The notes under the pieces: model-generated | The model's database searches: none | Seen by the model: only the letters and a program-made list of their open reading frames with translations | What the model was told of the DNA's origin: nothing | Made by a program: the position numbers and the translations under genes | Assembly: GCA_034659855.1 (NCBI GenBank) | Contig: JAYEIA010000298.1 | Coordinates: 1-54,154, forward strand | Direction of reading: 5' to 3' | DNA: 54,154 bases | DNA from: Bacteroidota bacterium | Lineage (GTDB): Bacteria > Bacteroidota > Bacteroidia > Bacteroidales > JAADGE01 | Shown: positions 26,783-35,257 of the stretch, piece after piece | How positions within the stretch are numbered: the stretch's first letter is position 1 | How the letters are laid out: every line of letters starts with the position of its first letter

Positions 26783-27177
26783 GCAGACTTCGTCTGTTTT
26801 AATATAAAAAAATGGATGTTGTGTATAATTGCAAATACCTGAATGTCAGATAAACAAGTTCTGAAACAAATTCATAGCTGTCGTTATATGTTTCATTATT
26901 AGCTGTTTGGTTTTTATAAATAATACCTATATCCAATTATATCGCAAAATCATATAGCAGCCTTTATATTAAAGGAGTAGAGCTATTTAGTGTCTGAACG
27001 GAAATACCCAAAATTAGAAATGTTTTTTTTGCGATATTTTTATTTTTTTTAATTCGCTGATACAGTAGCATCACCAAATTTAAAAAAATAAAAATCTCAT
27101 CAAAAAAAACTCATTTCGTAAAATTCGTCTATTTCCGTTCAGACACTATTTAGGATATTAAAACAGACGAAGTCTGC
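26783..27177. mobile_element. MITE-like element with perfect 23-bp TIRs (outer element of a nest)
   Basis: GCAGACTTCGTCTGTTTTAATAT at 26783-26805 and its exact reverse complement at 27155-27177; AAT on both flanks. Confidence 0.85.
26991..27145. mobile_element. Nested MITE-like element (155 bp)
   Basis: TIR TGTCTGAACGGAAATA / TATTTCCGTTCAGACA; direct repeat CTATTTAG at 26983-26990 and 27146-27153. Confidence 0.85.
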
Positions 27178-27215
27178 AATGACAGCATTTTATTACGGCT
27201 TGACCAATACGCATT

Positions 27216-28064
27216 ATGATAAAAATAACAGAATCGCCCCGGGATGCCATGCAGGGGCTGAAAAAAATAATACCGACATCGCAGAAAATTTCTTATATCA
27301 ATAAACTGTTGACGGTAGGTTTTGATACCGTTGATGTGGGGAGTTTTGTGTCCTCAAAAGCTGTTCCTCAAATGAGCGACACCAAGGAGGTACTTCAAGC
27401 GTTGGATTGTTCCCGGAGTAAATCGAAGATTTCGGTATTGGTCGGCAACAGCAAATATGCCAAAATAGCCGCAGAAATTGAGACTGTAGATTATCTGAAC
27501 TATCCGTTTTCGATATCCAATGAGTTTTTAAAGCGGAATTTGAAATCTTCTGTTGAGCCGGCTTATGTGCAAGTAGATGAAATTATTGCTATTTCCGAAG
27601 CTGCCGGAAAAAAGCCGCTGATCACTATTAGTTCTGCATTTGGCAATCCCTACGGCGACTACTGGAGCCCCGATATATTGTCTGAGCATATCAGCAGATT
27701 ATATGAGAAGGGTTTGCGCTATTTTCCGCTGGCCGATACTACGGCTATGGCTACTCCGGAATCACTGGAGGCTGTATTTTTGAAATTGCAGGCCGATTTT
27801 CCGGATGCGGAACTTAATTTGCATCTGCATACTACTTCAAAAGAAATGATTCCCAAGATAGAATCTGCCTTTGCTGCGGGTTGTCGCAATTTTGATACGG
27901 TGTTCAACGGTATGGGCGGCTGTCCGATGAGCGGGCATGACTTGGTGGCCAATTTGAATACAAGCGATTTTGTAAATTGGCTGAACAGCAACCAAATTAA
28001 GCATCACTTAGATGCAGATGAACTATACGGAGCCGCATCCAAGGCCATAGATATTTTTGGGTAG
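27216..28064 (+). CDS. Hydroxymethylglutaryl-CoA lyase
   Basis: ESPRDAMQG, GSFVS, HLH, GMGGCP...GHDLVANL motifs. Confidence 0.88.
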   Translation: MIKITESPRDAMQGLKKIIPTSQKISYINKLLTVGFDTVDVGSFVSSKAVPQMSDTKEVLQALDCSRSKSKISVLVGNSKYAKIAAEIETVDYLNYPFSISNEFLKRNLKSSVEPAYVQVDEIIAISEAAGKKPLITISSAFGNPYGDYWSPDILSEHISRLYEKGLRYFPLADTTAMATPESLEAVFLKLQADFPDAELNLHLHTTSKEMIPKIESAFAAGCRNFDTVFNGMGGCPMSGHDLVANLNTSDFVNWLNSNQIKHHLDADELYGAASKAIDIFG

Positions 28065-28132
28065 TAAACTTTTTATTTTTCTGTCTCAGACTTTGCCGAT
28101 GAAACAAAAATTTTTTAAGCGGCAAATATTCT

Positions 28133-28140
28133 TATATTTG
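28133..28140 (+). promoter_or_regulatory. Candidate -7 box for the second lyase gene
   Basis: TATATTTG about 110 nt upstream of the ATG. Confidence 0.45.
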
Positions 28141-28251
28141 TATAGGTGAATATGGTAAAGGTTTATTTTAATTATCGAATGATTGAAGAATCTTTTTTTT
28201 GTTGTAATCTATTTCAAAGAGGTCATTGACCTGTAAACCAAATCTTCAAAT

Positions 28252-29265
28252 ATGATGAATTATCCCAAAAAAGTAGAAGTTTCTGATATAACTGTCAGAG
28301 ACGGTTTTCAACACGAAGAAAAATTGATACCGACAGAGGCAAAAATTTGGGTCGCTGAGCAGTTAATTCTATCCGGGTTTAAGAAGGTTGAATTGACCAA
28401 CTTCGGAAATCCTAAGCGCATGCCCCAATTTAGAGATGCCGATGAATTGATGCAAGGCCTTTACAAAAGCAAAAAGATTAAAGACCTTATTGATGATGTA
28501 GAAATTACCGCCGTAACTATTAGAGAAAGAGCAGTGGAGCGAGCCATTAAAGCTAAGAAAGAAGGTTGGGGACCCGGCCGTATATTGATGATGGTTTCAA
28601 CCAGCGAGTCGCATCACAGAAGGAATTCCGGCTTGTCTTTGGACGAATATTGGGCTTTTGCCGAAAAATATATCAAAAAAGCTCATGATGCCGGGATTAA
28701 AGTCAACGGAACAGTCAGCACTATTTGGGGATGTCCGATAGAAGGCCCCACAGAAATGTCCAAAGCCATTGACTTTACGAAACATTGGTTGGATATCGGG
28801 GCCGATGATATTGAACATGCCGACCATGACGGCTCTGCTTCGCCCGACAGAGTGTATAAATATTATTCTATGCTGTTGGATGAAATTCCGGATACCTCCA
28901 AGCACATTGTGCATTTTCATACCACGAGAGGGTGGGGCTTAGCTAATGTTTTGGCCGCATTGCAAGCCGGAATGACTCGCTACGAATCTGCTCTCGGGGG
29001 GATAGGCGGGCAGCCGGCAAATTTTGTCAGTGGTATCCCCGTCGCCGGAACCGGTTCTTATTATTACAAAGATTCGAATTTGGCAGGCTTAGTTTCAACC
29101 GAAGATATGCTTGTGATGATGGATGAAATGGGCATAGATACCGGAATTGATATTGATAAGATTCTTGAAATCGGGAATATGGCAGAAAAAATAATCGGAC
29201 GCCGGATGCGTTCTGAAAGTATAAAGTCCGGGCGAATACCTAAAAACCTCAGCGGACGACAATAA
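28252..29265 (+). CDS. HMG-CoA lyase-like DRE-TIM metallolyase (divergent paralogue)
   Basis: DITVRDGFQHE, WGCP, HFHTTRG, GGIGGQP...GLVSTED. Confidence 0.82.
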   Translation: MMNYPKKVEVSDITVRDGFQHEEKLIPTEAKIWVAEQLILSGFKKVELTNFGNPKRMPQFRDADELMQGLYKSKKIKDLIDDVEITAVTIRERAVERAIKAKKEGWGPGRILMMVSTSESHHRRNSGLSLDEYWAFAEKYIKKAHDAGIKVNGTVSTIWGCPIEGPTEMSKAIDFTKHWLDIGADDIEHADHDGSASPDRVYKYYSMLLDEIPDTSKHIVHFHTTRGWGLANVLAALQAGMTRYESALGGIGGQPANFVSGIPVAGTGSYYYKDSNLAGLVSTEDMLVMMDEMGIDTGIDIDKILEIGNMAEKIIGRRMRSESIKSGRIPKNLSGRQ

Positions 29266-29268
29266 TTA

Positions 29269-29447
29269 TTGAGTTTAGTTTAAAAAGTTATAAAGTTGAA
29301 AATTTATAATAAACGCCATAAATTTTTGCTGTTTATACCCGTCTGACCGCTTTGAGCGGTCTGACGGATTTAAGATTACAGCATCTACATAAGACGTTTA
29401 TTATATAAAGTTAAAGTGCTAAAAATAAGAGTTTTAAGTCAATTGAA
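29269..29447. repeat. Family C repeat interrupted by a MITE
   Basis: Matches the reverse complement of 12371-12449 on both sides of the 29307-29403 insertion. Confidence 0.8.
29307..29403. mobile_element. Nested TA-targeting MITE (97 bp) with internal GC hairpin
   Basis: TIR TAATAAACG / CGTTTATTA; TA duplicated relative to the empty-site paralogue; hairpin CCGTCTGACCGCT-TTG-AGCGGTCTGACGG. Confidence 0.8.
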
Positions 29448-29454
29448 AAATAAT

Positions 29455-29627
29455 GGCTATAGTTTAAAATGACGTTGCTTTTCCGGAGGTTGAGCGAAGT
29501 CGAAACCGGTTTCGGGGCTTGTTTTGCAAACAACATGCTCAACCTCCGAAAATTTGAATATTATCTTGTAAAAGTATTATAATCTTCATATTCAAAAAAA
29601 AACACACCTCTATTCTAAACTATAGCC
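29455..29627. mobile_element. MITE family A, copy 2 (173 bp)
   Basis: TIRs GGCTATAGTTTA / TAAACTATAGCC; flanks are the reverse complement of copy 1. Confidence 0.88.
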
Positions 29628-29669
29628 AAAAAAAGCTACTCAATTTTGGGCAGCTTTTGTAATACATTT

Positions 29670-29774
29670 TATACTTTAAACGGTTAATAATTTGACTTTT
29701 ACAAAGAGTGTATTTGCTGAATAGCAAGGTATTGTATCATTATATCATCAAATAATTAAACCATTTAAAGTATA
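29670..29774. mobile_element. MITE family B, complete copy (105 bp)
   Basis: TIRs TATACTTTAAACGGTT / AACCATTTAAAGTATA. Confidence 0.85.
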
Positions 29775-29782
29775 AGTCAAAC

Positions 29783-30208
29783 TTAGTTGATGTCAATTTC
29801 TCTTTCCGGTTTTGTAATACTGCCGTCCAATTTCATGATTGAAATGGTCAAAATTCCGTCTTTTGAACTTGCTGATATTTCGTCTTTATTGGCCGACTCG
29901 GGCAGTGTGAATGAACGGGCGAAAGAGCTGTAAGAAAATTCACGTCTGGTGTAATTTTTTCCTTCCTCCTTGTTGCTTTCTTCTGTTTCCGAAGAAATTG
30001 TGATTACATCATTGTCAACATTAACTTTAATGTTTTCTTTGGATATTCCGGGTACTGCCATTTCTATTTCGTAGCGGTCATCTTTTTCGGCAACGTTTAC
30101 CGAAGGTGATGAGTTGTACGCCTTATTTGGCGAATACTCAGGGTTTGTGAAAAAATCTTCAAACCAGTTGGGTAATCTGTCGTTTGGTGTTCTTCTGATA
30201 AGTGTCAT
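29783..30208 (-). CDS. Hsp20/alpha-crystallin small heat shock protein
   Basis: PSVNVAE, AVPGISKE, REFSYSSFARSFTLP, DGILTI; ATG at 30208 preferred. Confidence 0.95.
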   Translation of the reverse strand: MTLIRRTPNDRLPNWFEDFFTNPEYSPNKAYNSSPSVNVAEKDDRYEIEMAVPGISKENIKVNVDNDVITISSETEESNKEEGKNYTRREFSYSSFARSFTLPESANKDEISASSKDGILTISIMKLDGSITKPEREIDIN

Positions 30209-30267
30209 AATAAATTCCTCCAATTATTTTAGTTATTAATTTTATGTTTAAATTCATAACTAATATA

Positions 30268-30282
30268 TCAAAGGATGTGCCG
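30268..30282 (-). promoter_or_regulatory. Sigma54-like -24/-12 element upstream of hsp20
   Basis: Minus strand reads CGGCAC-ATCCT-TTGA versus consensus TGGCAC-N5-TTGC. Confidence 0.45.
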
Positions 30283-30487
30283 ACTGTATTTTTAAGAAGT
30301 TTTGTCTAAAATTCGGTTATTTATATGACATTTTGACTGAACGCTTGTGGTTTTGACTGACAATATATCTTTTTGCCTGATTTTAGACTTCTTGCTCTGC
30401 GGTTGTCGAACCTGCTTGTATAAACCATTAGCCGGATATTAAGCAGATTGTTTCTAACAAACCGGCGTATAAAGTTTTCAAGAACAC

Positions 30488-31669
30488 TTAGTTCACCATT
30501 TTCCATCTGAAATAGGAAAAAGACCTGACGAGCAAAATCAAGGTAACGGGCAGTACAATGGGATCAAAAAATGTTGGGTTGATTATAAGGTAGGTCAAAA
30601 AGGATATTAATAAGATAAAATAAACTTTGAAGTATATTTTTACAATTTTTGAATAGTTCTGTTTTGTAAGAATAAAGGCTGCGACCACATGTAAGGGAAA
30701 AGCCCAAATCGTATTCAGGTTAATGGCCATAGCTTTGTGCATGGTACCGAACCAGGTATAAGTGAACAAAATCCCGGCTAAGCCTAAGGTCGCTAATAAA
30801 TATCTGTCAAACTCAATGAAATGTTGCTTTTTAACAAACTCCAAACCCGTAAGTAGAATAATCAGGGTGAGCAAAGACCAAAAAATAAAGCCGGGGCTTA
30901 GTATTCCCGATTTGTTGTCGGCTTTGGATTCCGGAGAGTAAAGCACCTTTTCGGTTTTTACTATACTGATGAGCTTCCCGTTTCGCCTAATCTTTGTATT
31001 ACTTATAAGCGACTCCAGGTAATCCGGCAGGAAGCTTGCTTTCGTTCCGCTTACAGTTGCATCGGCGGGTAGTCCCATGAGCAGATTAATGCCGGTTCTT
31101 GTCCATTTCTTTTCTTGCAAGTAAGAATTGCTGAGCATCAGTCGAAAGCTTGTGTTTTGACCCAGACTTGCTTGTCCTGTTATTATACTGTCGGGGACAC
31201 TTTCAAGAAGCACTTCTATGACTTTTGTAGCACAGTTATTGAATAGAAAATCATAATGGTAAAATTTATTTTCGGGGCGTGCATTGTTTTCCAAATAATC
31301 AAAGACGGCTTGTTTTTGGCTGTTGCTCAAATTTAGAATTTGTTCTCTGACTTCCCGTTTATCACGAATATATCCTCTGATATAATACTTATACGGACTT
31401 ATACTCAGCATGTAATCCAGCTTCCCTTGGGTAAACTTGATGTAAAAATTTGGTGTATTAAAGTCAAAAGTACCATAGTTATAAACAAGATCCATTCTTC
31501 TGCTGTCATCTTTGACTCGAATGGCCGAATGGCCGAATGTAGAGTAAAGCTCATCTCCGGGAGCACAGGTCAGAACACTAACTTCAGAACTTGGGGATAG
31601 TTTTGGCTGTGCTTTTGCAAAAAAATTAAATATCAGAAGAACAAATAAAACAGTCAGTCCTTTATTCAT
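30488..31669 (-). CDS. DUF4105 (Lnb-like) membrane protein
   Basis: LTCAPG.ELYSTFGHSAIR, YNYGTFDF, YDFLFNNCAT, four C-terminal TM helices. Confidence 0.8.
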   Translation of the reverse strand: MNKGLTVLFVLLIFNFFAKAQPKLSPSSEVSVLTCAPGDELYSTFGHSAIRVKDDSRRMDLVYNYGTFDFNTPNFYIKFTQGKLDYMLSISPYKYYIRGYIRDKREVREQILNLSNSQKQAVFDYLENNARPENKFYHYDFLFNNCATKVIEVLLESVPDSIITGQASLGQNTSFRLMLSNSYLQEKKWTRTGINLLMGLPADATVSGTKASFLPDYLESLISNTKIRRNGKLISIVKTEKVLYSPESKADNKSGILSPGFIFWSLLTLIILLTGLEFVKKQHFIEFDRYLLATLGLAGILFTYTWFGTMHKAMAINLNTIWAFPLHVVAAFILTKQNYSKIVKIYFKVYFILLISFLTYLIINPTFFDPIVLPVTLILLVRSFSYFRWKMVN

Positions 31670-31704
31670 AGCTTGTCGATTTCGTGAGTGTATATTTTTA
31701 GCAG

Positions 31705-32676
31705 TTATCGCAATATGTCAGCAACTCTTAACAGCTCTTTATTCATGATGCGTTTTCCCTTTATTGTTTTGTTGAATGGTACATGAATAACTTCATGGTT
31801 GGTATAGCCTACCATTATGCTTCGTTGATTATCTGCGAGGGCATCTACGGCAGCAACACCAAGTCTGCTTGCCAAATATCGGTCAAAGGCTGTGGGCGAT
31901 CCTCCTCTTTGAATATGCCCCAGAACATTGACCTTTATATCCATGTTTTTATGTCTTTTGGCAATTTTTTCGGCGATTTCTTTAGAGCCTCCCAAATTAT
32001 TTCCTTCAGCCACAATAATTATATTCGACGATTTGCCGGAGTTACTGAGTATTTCTTCCAGGTGGCTTTCTTGCCCTTCAACTTCAGGAATGAGAATAGC
32101 CTCGGCACCGGTTGCAATTCCGGCTTTCAGAGCTATGAAACCGGCATCTCTTCCCATCACTTCTATAAAGAATGTTCTGTCATGTGCATCGGCGGTGTCT
32201 TTTATTCGGTCAATCGCTTCGGTTACGGTATTTAGTGCGGTGTCAAAACCAATGGTGTAATCGGTTCCGAACATATCATTATCAATGGTACCGGGAATCC
32301 CTACGAAAGGAATATCATACTCCCCGGAGAAAATTCCTGCTCCCTTGAAACTTCCGTCTCCGCCGATAACAACACAAGCATCAATGTCATGTTTAAGTAA
32401 GTTTTTGTATGCTTTCTCTCTTCCTTTTTTTGTTTTGAACTCTTCGCTTCTTGCAGTTCTCAATAAGGTGCCGCCTTTGTGAATAATATTTCTTACATCG
32501 GAGGAGTTAAATTTGATAAAATCATCAGCTATCATTCCTTTATACCCTCTGTTGATTCCAAAAATATTTGTATTACAGCTTAATGCTGTTCTTACAACAG
32601 CTCTTACAGCTGCATTCATTCCCGGCGCATCACCGCCTGAAGTAAATACAGCTAAATTTTTAATCTTACCGGTCAT
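31705..32676 (-). CDS. pfkA: ATP-dependent 6-phosphofructokinase
   Basis: TSGGDAPGMN, GGDGS, PGTIDND, EVMGR, LGHIQRGG. Confidence 0.95.
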   Translation of the reverse strand: MTGKIKNLAVFTSGGDAPGMNAAVRAVVRTALSCNTNIFGINRGYKGMIADDFIKFNSSDVRNIIHKGGTLLRTARSEEFKTKKGREKAYKNLLKHDIDACVVIGGDGSFKGAGIFSGEYDIPFVGIPGTIDNDMFGTDYTIGFDTALNTVTEAIDRIKDTADAHDRTFFIEVMGRDAGFIALKAGIATGAEAILIPEVEGQESHLEEILSNSGKSSNIIIVAEGNNLGGSKEIAEKIAKRHKNMDIKVNVLGHIQRGGSPTAFDRYLASRLGVAAVDALADNQRSIMVGYTNHEVIHVPFNKTIKGKRIMNKELLRVADILR

Positions 32677-32741
32677 TAGACTTAATTTTTATTTTTTTTG
32701 TAATTGTCTTCTCAATTTTTGTGGCGCCGTTTCTCAGATAG

Positions 32742-32766
32742 AAAAAAATGGCGGAACCAACCGCCA
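32742..32766 (-). terminator. Intrinsic terminator after the PPi-type PFK gene
   Basis: Minus strand TGGCGG-TTGGTT-CCGCCA-TTTTTTT. Confidence 0.6.
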
Positions 32767-32804
32767 AATTTACAATAGAATATATTTATACCAAAAGTAT
32801 TTTT

Positions 32805-33992
32805 TTAGTCACTGGTCATGATGAACAGGGGGTTCATTTCAAAACTATTATAAAATGGGCGTAAGCGCTCAGTATTGTAAAATTTATCAACCTTTAGCAA
32901 TTTTGATTTGCTGGTAACTACATCGATGGGAACATTGTCATATCTGCCGTTTTTGAGTACGACGAGTCTTCCGTGTACCCCTTTGAGAATAAGATCGAGT
33001 GCCAAATTTCCATAAGCCATCGGAACAATGGAGTCGATGGCGTCGGGGTCTCCTCCTCTTACAAGGTATCCCAGTTTCTGGTTTATTGTATTGATTTTTT
33101 TTCCTCTATTATTAGCGGCAGAAAGTTCTTTTAGCTTGTCCGAAACTAAATCACCAATACCTCCAAGTTTTGCGTGGCCGTATTGGTCTTTCTCCGCTTT
33201 GGCAAATACCCTGTCGCTGCCTTTAAATTTGGCGCCCTCGGAAACCAGAACAACGGAGTAGTTACTGGAGTTTTTCATTCGGTCCTCCAGAAGTAACTCT
33301 GTCAATTTGTTGATATCAAATTCATATTCCGGGATTACGCAGCGGTTGGCAGCCCCGGCCATTGTCGGCAACATGGCGGTGTATCCGGCATAGCGTCCAA
33401 AAACTTCAAGCACAAGAAAACGCTCATGTGAGCCGGCTGAAGTCCTCAGTGTATTTGTCATATTTATGGTTCGAGTAACGCAAGTACTAAATCCGATACA
33501 ATAGTCTGTACCCGGTACATCATTGTCCATTGTTTTTGGGATTCCCACAATTTTTACGCCTTCTTTGTAGAGTCTGACGGCATAGCTTAGCGTATCGTCT
33601 CCTCCAATCGGAATGAGGAAATCAATGTTAAGGAAATCAAGGTTTTTTAGAACTTCGGGGGTGAGATCATTTATTTCTTTTTTATATTTTTCTGTGTACG
33701 CTTCAGGCACAAAATTTTTGGGTAAGTGACTTGGTCTTGTGCGGGAGCTGTGAAGAAAGGTGCCTCCGGTGCGCCCGGCTTTGTTGACAATATTTTCAGT
33801 GAGTTCAATGAAGTTATTTGAATTGTCGGCTTTTTTGTCTCTGATTAGTTGAGTGATTCCGGCCCAACCTCTTCTCAATCCTATAACACGGTATCCTTCT
33901 CTTGTGGCTCTAATAGTAATGGCTCTGATTGCCGGGTTTAGTCCCGGAACATCACCGCCGCCGGTCAAAATTGCTATTGTTTTTTTACTCAT
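32805..33992 (-). CDS. PfkA-family phosphofructokinase, predicted PPi-dependent
   Basis: TGGGDVPGLN, GGDDT and PKTMDND (Asp/Lys signature), EVFGR. Confidence 0.85.
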   Translation of the reverse strand: MSKKTIAILTGGGDVPGLNPAIRAITIRATREGYRVIGLRRGWAGITQLIRDKKADNSNNFIELTENIVNKAGRTGGTFLHSSRTRPSHLPKNFVPEAYTEKYKKEINDLTPEVLKNLDFLNIDFLIPIGGDDTLSYAVRLYKEGVKIVGIPKTMDNDVPGTDYCIGFSTCVTRTINMTNTLRTSAGSHERFLVLEVFGRYAGYTAMLPTMAGAANRCVIPEYEFDINKLTELLLEDRMKNSSNYSVVLVSEGAKFKGSDRVFAKAEKDQYGHAKLGGIGDLVSDKLKELSAANNRGKKINTINQKLGYLVRGGDPDAIDSIVPMAYGNLALDLILKGVHGRLVVLKNGRYDNVPIDVVTSKSKLLKVDKFYNTERLRPFYNSFEMNPLFIMTSD

Positions 33993-34377
33993 GATCTATT
34001 TTTTTTAAATTAAACTGCAGGCCTGAAATAATCATAAAATCTTCAGCATCTTCAATGATGTCAGTATCTTCTTTGGAGTAATACCAGTTTATTGAGAGTA
34101 CTCCGTTTTTTTGTTTGAAATGTTTAAGTACTTTCAGCATTTCAATAATTTTTTTTGATGAACTTGTATTATAATAGGTTAATTTAAAGTTGAAAATCAG
34201 CGTTGTATGTTGAATTTGAGTGTATTCTTTAAGCCAATCAATTAATGGATCGTAAAACTCATTAATATCTTCAATGTATGATTCTCCTTCAATAGTGCAC
34301 ACGCCTTGATCGGCATTGAAATGAACTCGGGGTCTGTATAATTCATCTTCTTGGGGTGTAATAATTATATCTTTCAT
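33985..34377 (-). CDS. SiaC/DUF1987 family regulatory phosphoprotein
   Basis: P.V.F, GESYIED, FYDPL..WL, YYNTSSSK, INWYY motifs. Confidence 0.88.
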   Translation of the reverse strand: MKDIIITPQEDELYRPRVHFNADQGVCTIEGESYIEDINEFYDPLIDWLKEYTQIQHTTLIFNFKLTYYNTSSSKKIIEMLKVLKHFKQKNGVLSINWYYSKEDTDIIEDAEDFMIISGLQFNLKKIDHE

Positions 34378-34456
34378 TGGTTTTTATTTTATCAAAAAAT
34401 AAGAGATTTAGAGCAGAAACATAATAAAATATCCTTTTTTTTCAAAATAAAAGGAG

Positions 34457-35221
34457 CTATTTTATTGTAGAAATTTTTTTAAGTGTTAAGCTAATTTTTC
34501 TTACCGAAGCATGTTTTGCATTGGTTCCTTTACTGTGATTCAATACCCAGCCTGATATTTCTTTGAGTTCTTTAGTTTTATCTGTATTAATAAAAACTTC
34601 GTGCGTAGTATATTTGCCGTCTTTTTTTATATTTCCGAAACTGTTCTCTGCCGAAGAACCGTCTTTATACTTCACCATAATTGTCATGCGTTGTGATACC
34701 GAGCCATCGTCTTTAAACACCCTAATTCGAGCTGAAAGTGTATAAATCCCGTGTTCCGGATTTTTTATTTTATAGCTTATGGGGTTTGTCTTTCCGTCTT
34801 CGGGTAAATTCCAACTTTCTTTCAGGGGCCAGAGGTTATTGTCATCTTTTTTTGCGGTCTCATTTTTAGGCCGGTTTTTGGTAATTATTACTGCCGCTTC
34901 TTTTTCTTTGAGCTCGGCAACTATCTCAGCATATAGTTTTTCATATTTTTTTGTATTTTTGGAATAATACTGCAAAGTTTCTTCAAATTCTACTCTTGAC
35001 ACTTTGTGTTTTTTTAGTATGTAGTTGTATATATTTATTTCCTTTTCCTTTCTTAGTTCAGTTGTCAGCTTTTTTGCTCCTACAGCTCCGTCAGCAATAT
35101 GCATTTCCATTAAAATGGCTTTAAATTTTTTTCGATTAACTTTTTGGGTGTTGCTGTTGTTGCAAGCAACTAACAAAGAAATGACTACTATAACAACTAT
35201 GAGTGGTTTAATATTTTTCAT
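34457..35221 (-). CDS. DUF4296-domain lipoprotein with an extra C-terminal beta-rich domain
   Basis: Lipobox LLVAC, ILMEMHIADG, ILKKHKVSRVEFEETLQYY. Confidence 0.75.
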   Translation of the reverse strand: MKNIKPLIVVIVVISLLVACNNSNTQKVNRKKFKAILMEMHIADGAVGAKKLTTELRKEKEINIYNYILKKHKVSRVEFEETLQYYSKNTKKYEKLYAEIVAELKEKEAAVIITKNRPKNETAKKDDNNLWPLKESWNLPEDGKTNPISYKIKNPEHGIYTLSARIRVFKDDGSVSQRMTIMVKYKDGSSAENSFGNIKKDGKYTTHEVFINTDKTKELKEISGWVLNHSKGTNAKHASVRKISLTLKKISTIK

Positions 35222-35257
35222 GTTAAAAAATCTGTTGGTTTAATGAATATTGACTGT

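Noticed and set aside
29447-29635. Target-site duplication for MITE A copy 2
   Set aside because: Flanks AAAATAAT and AAAAAAAG match only loosely in A-rich DNA.
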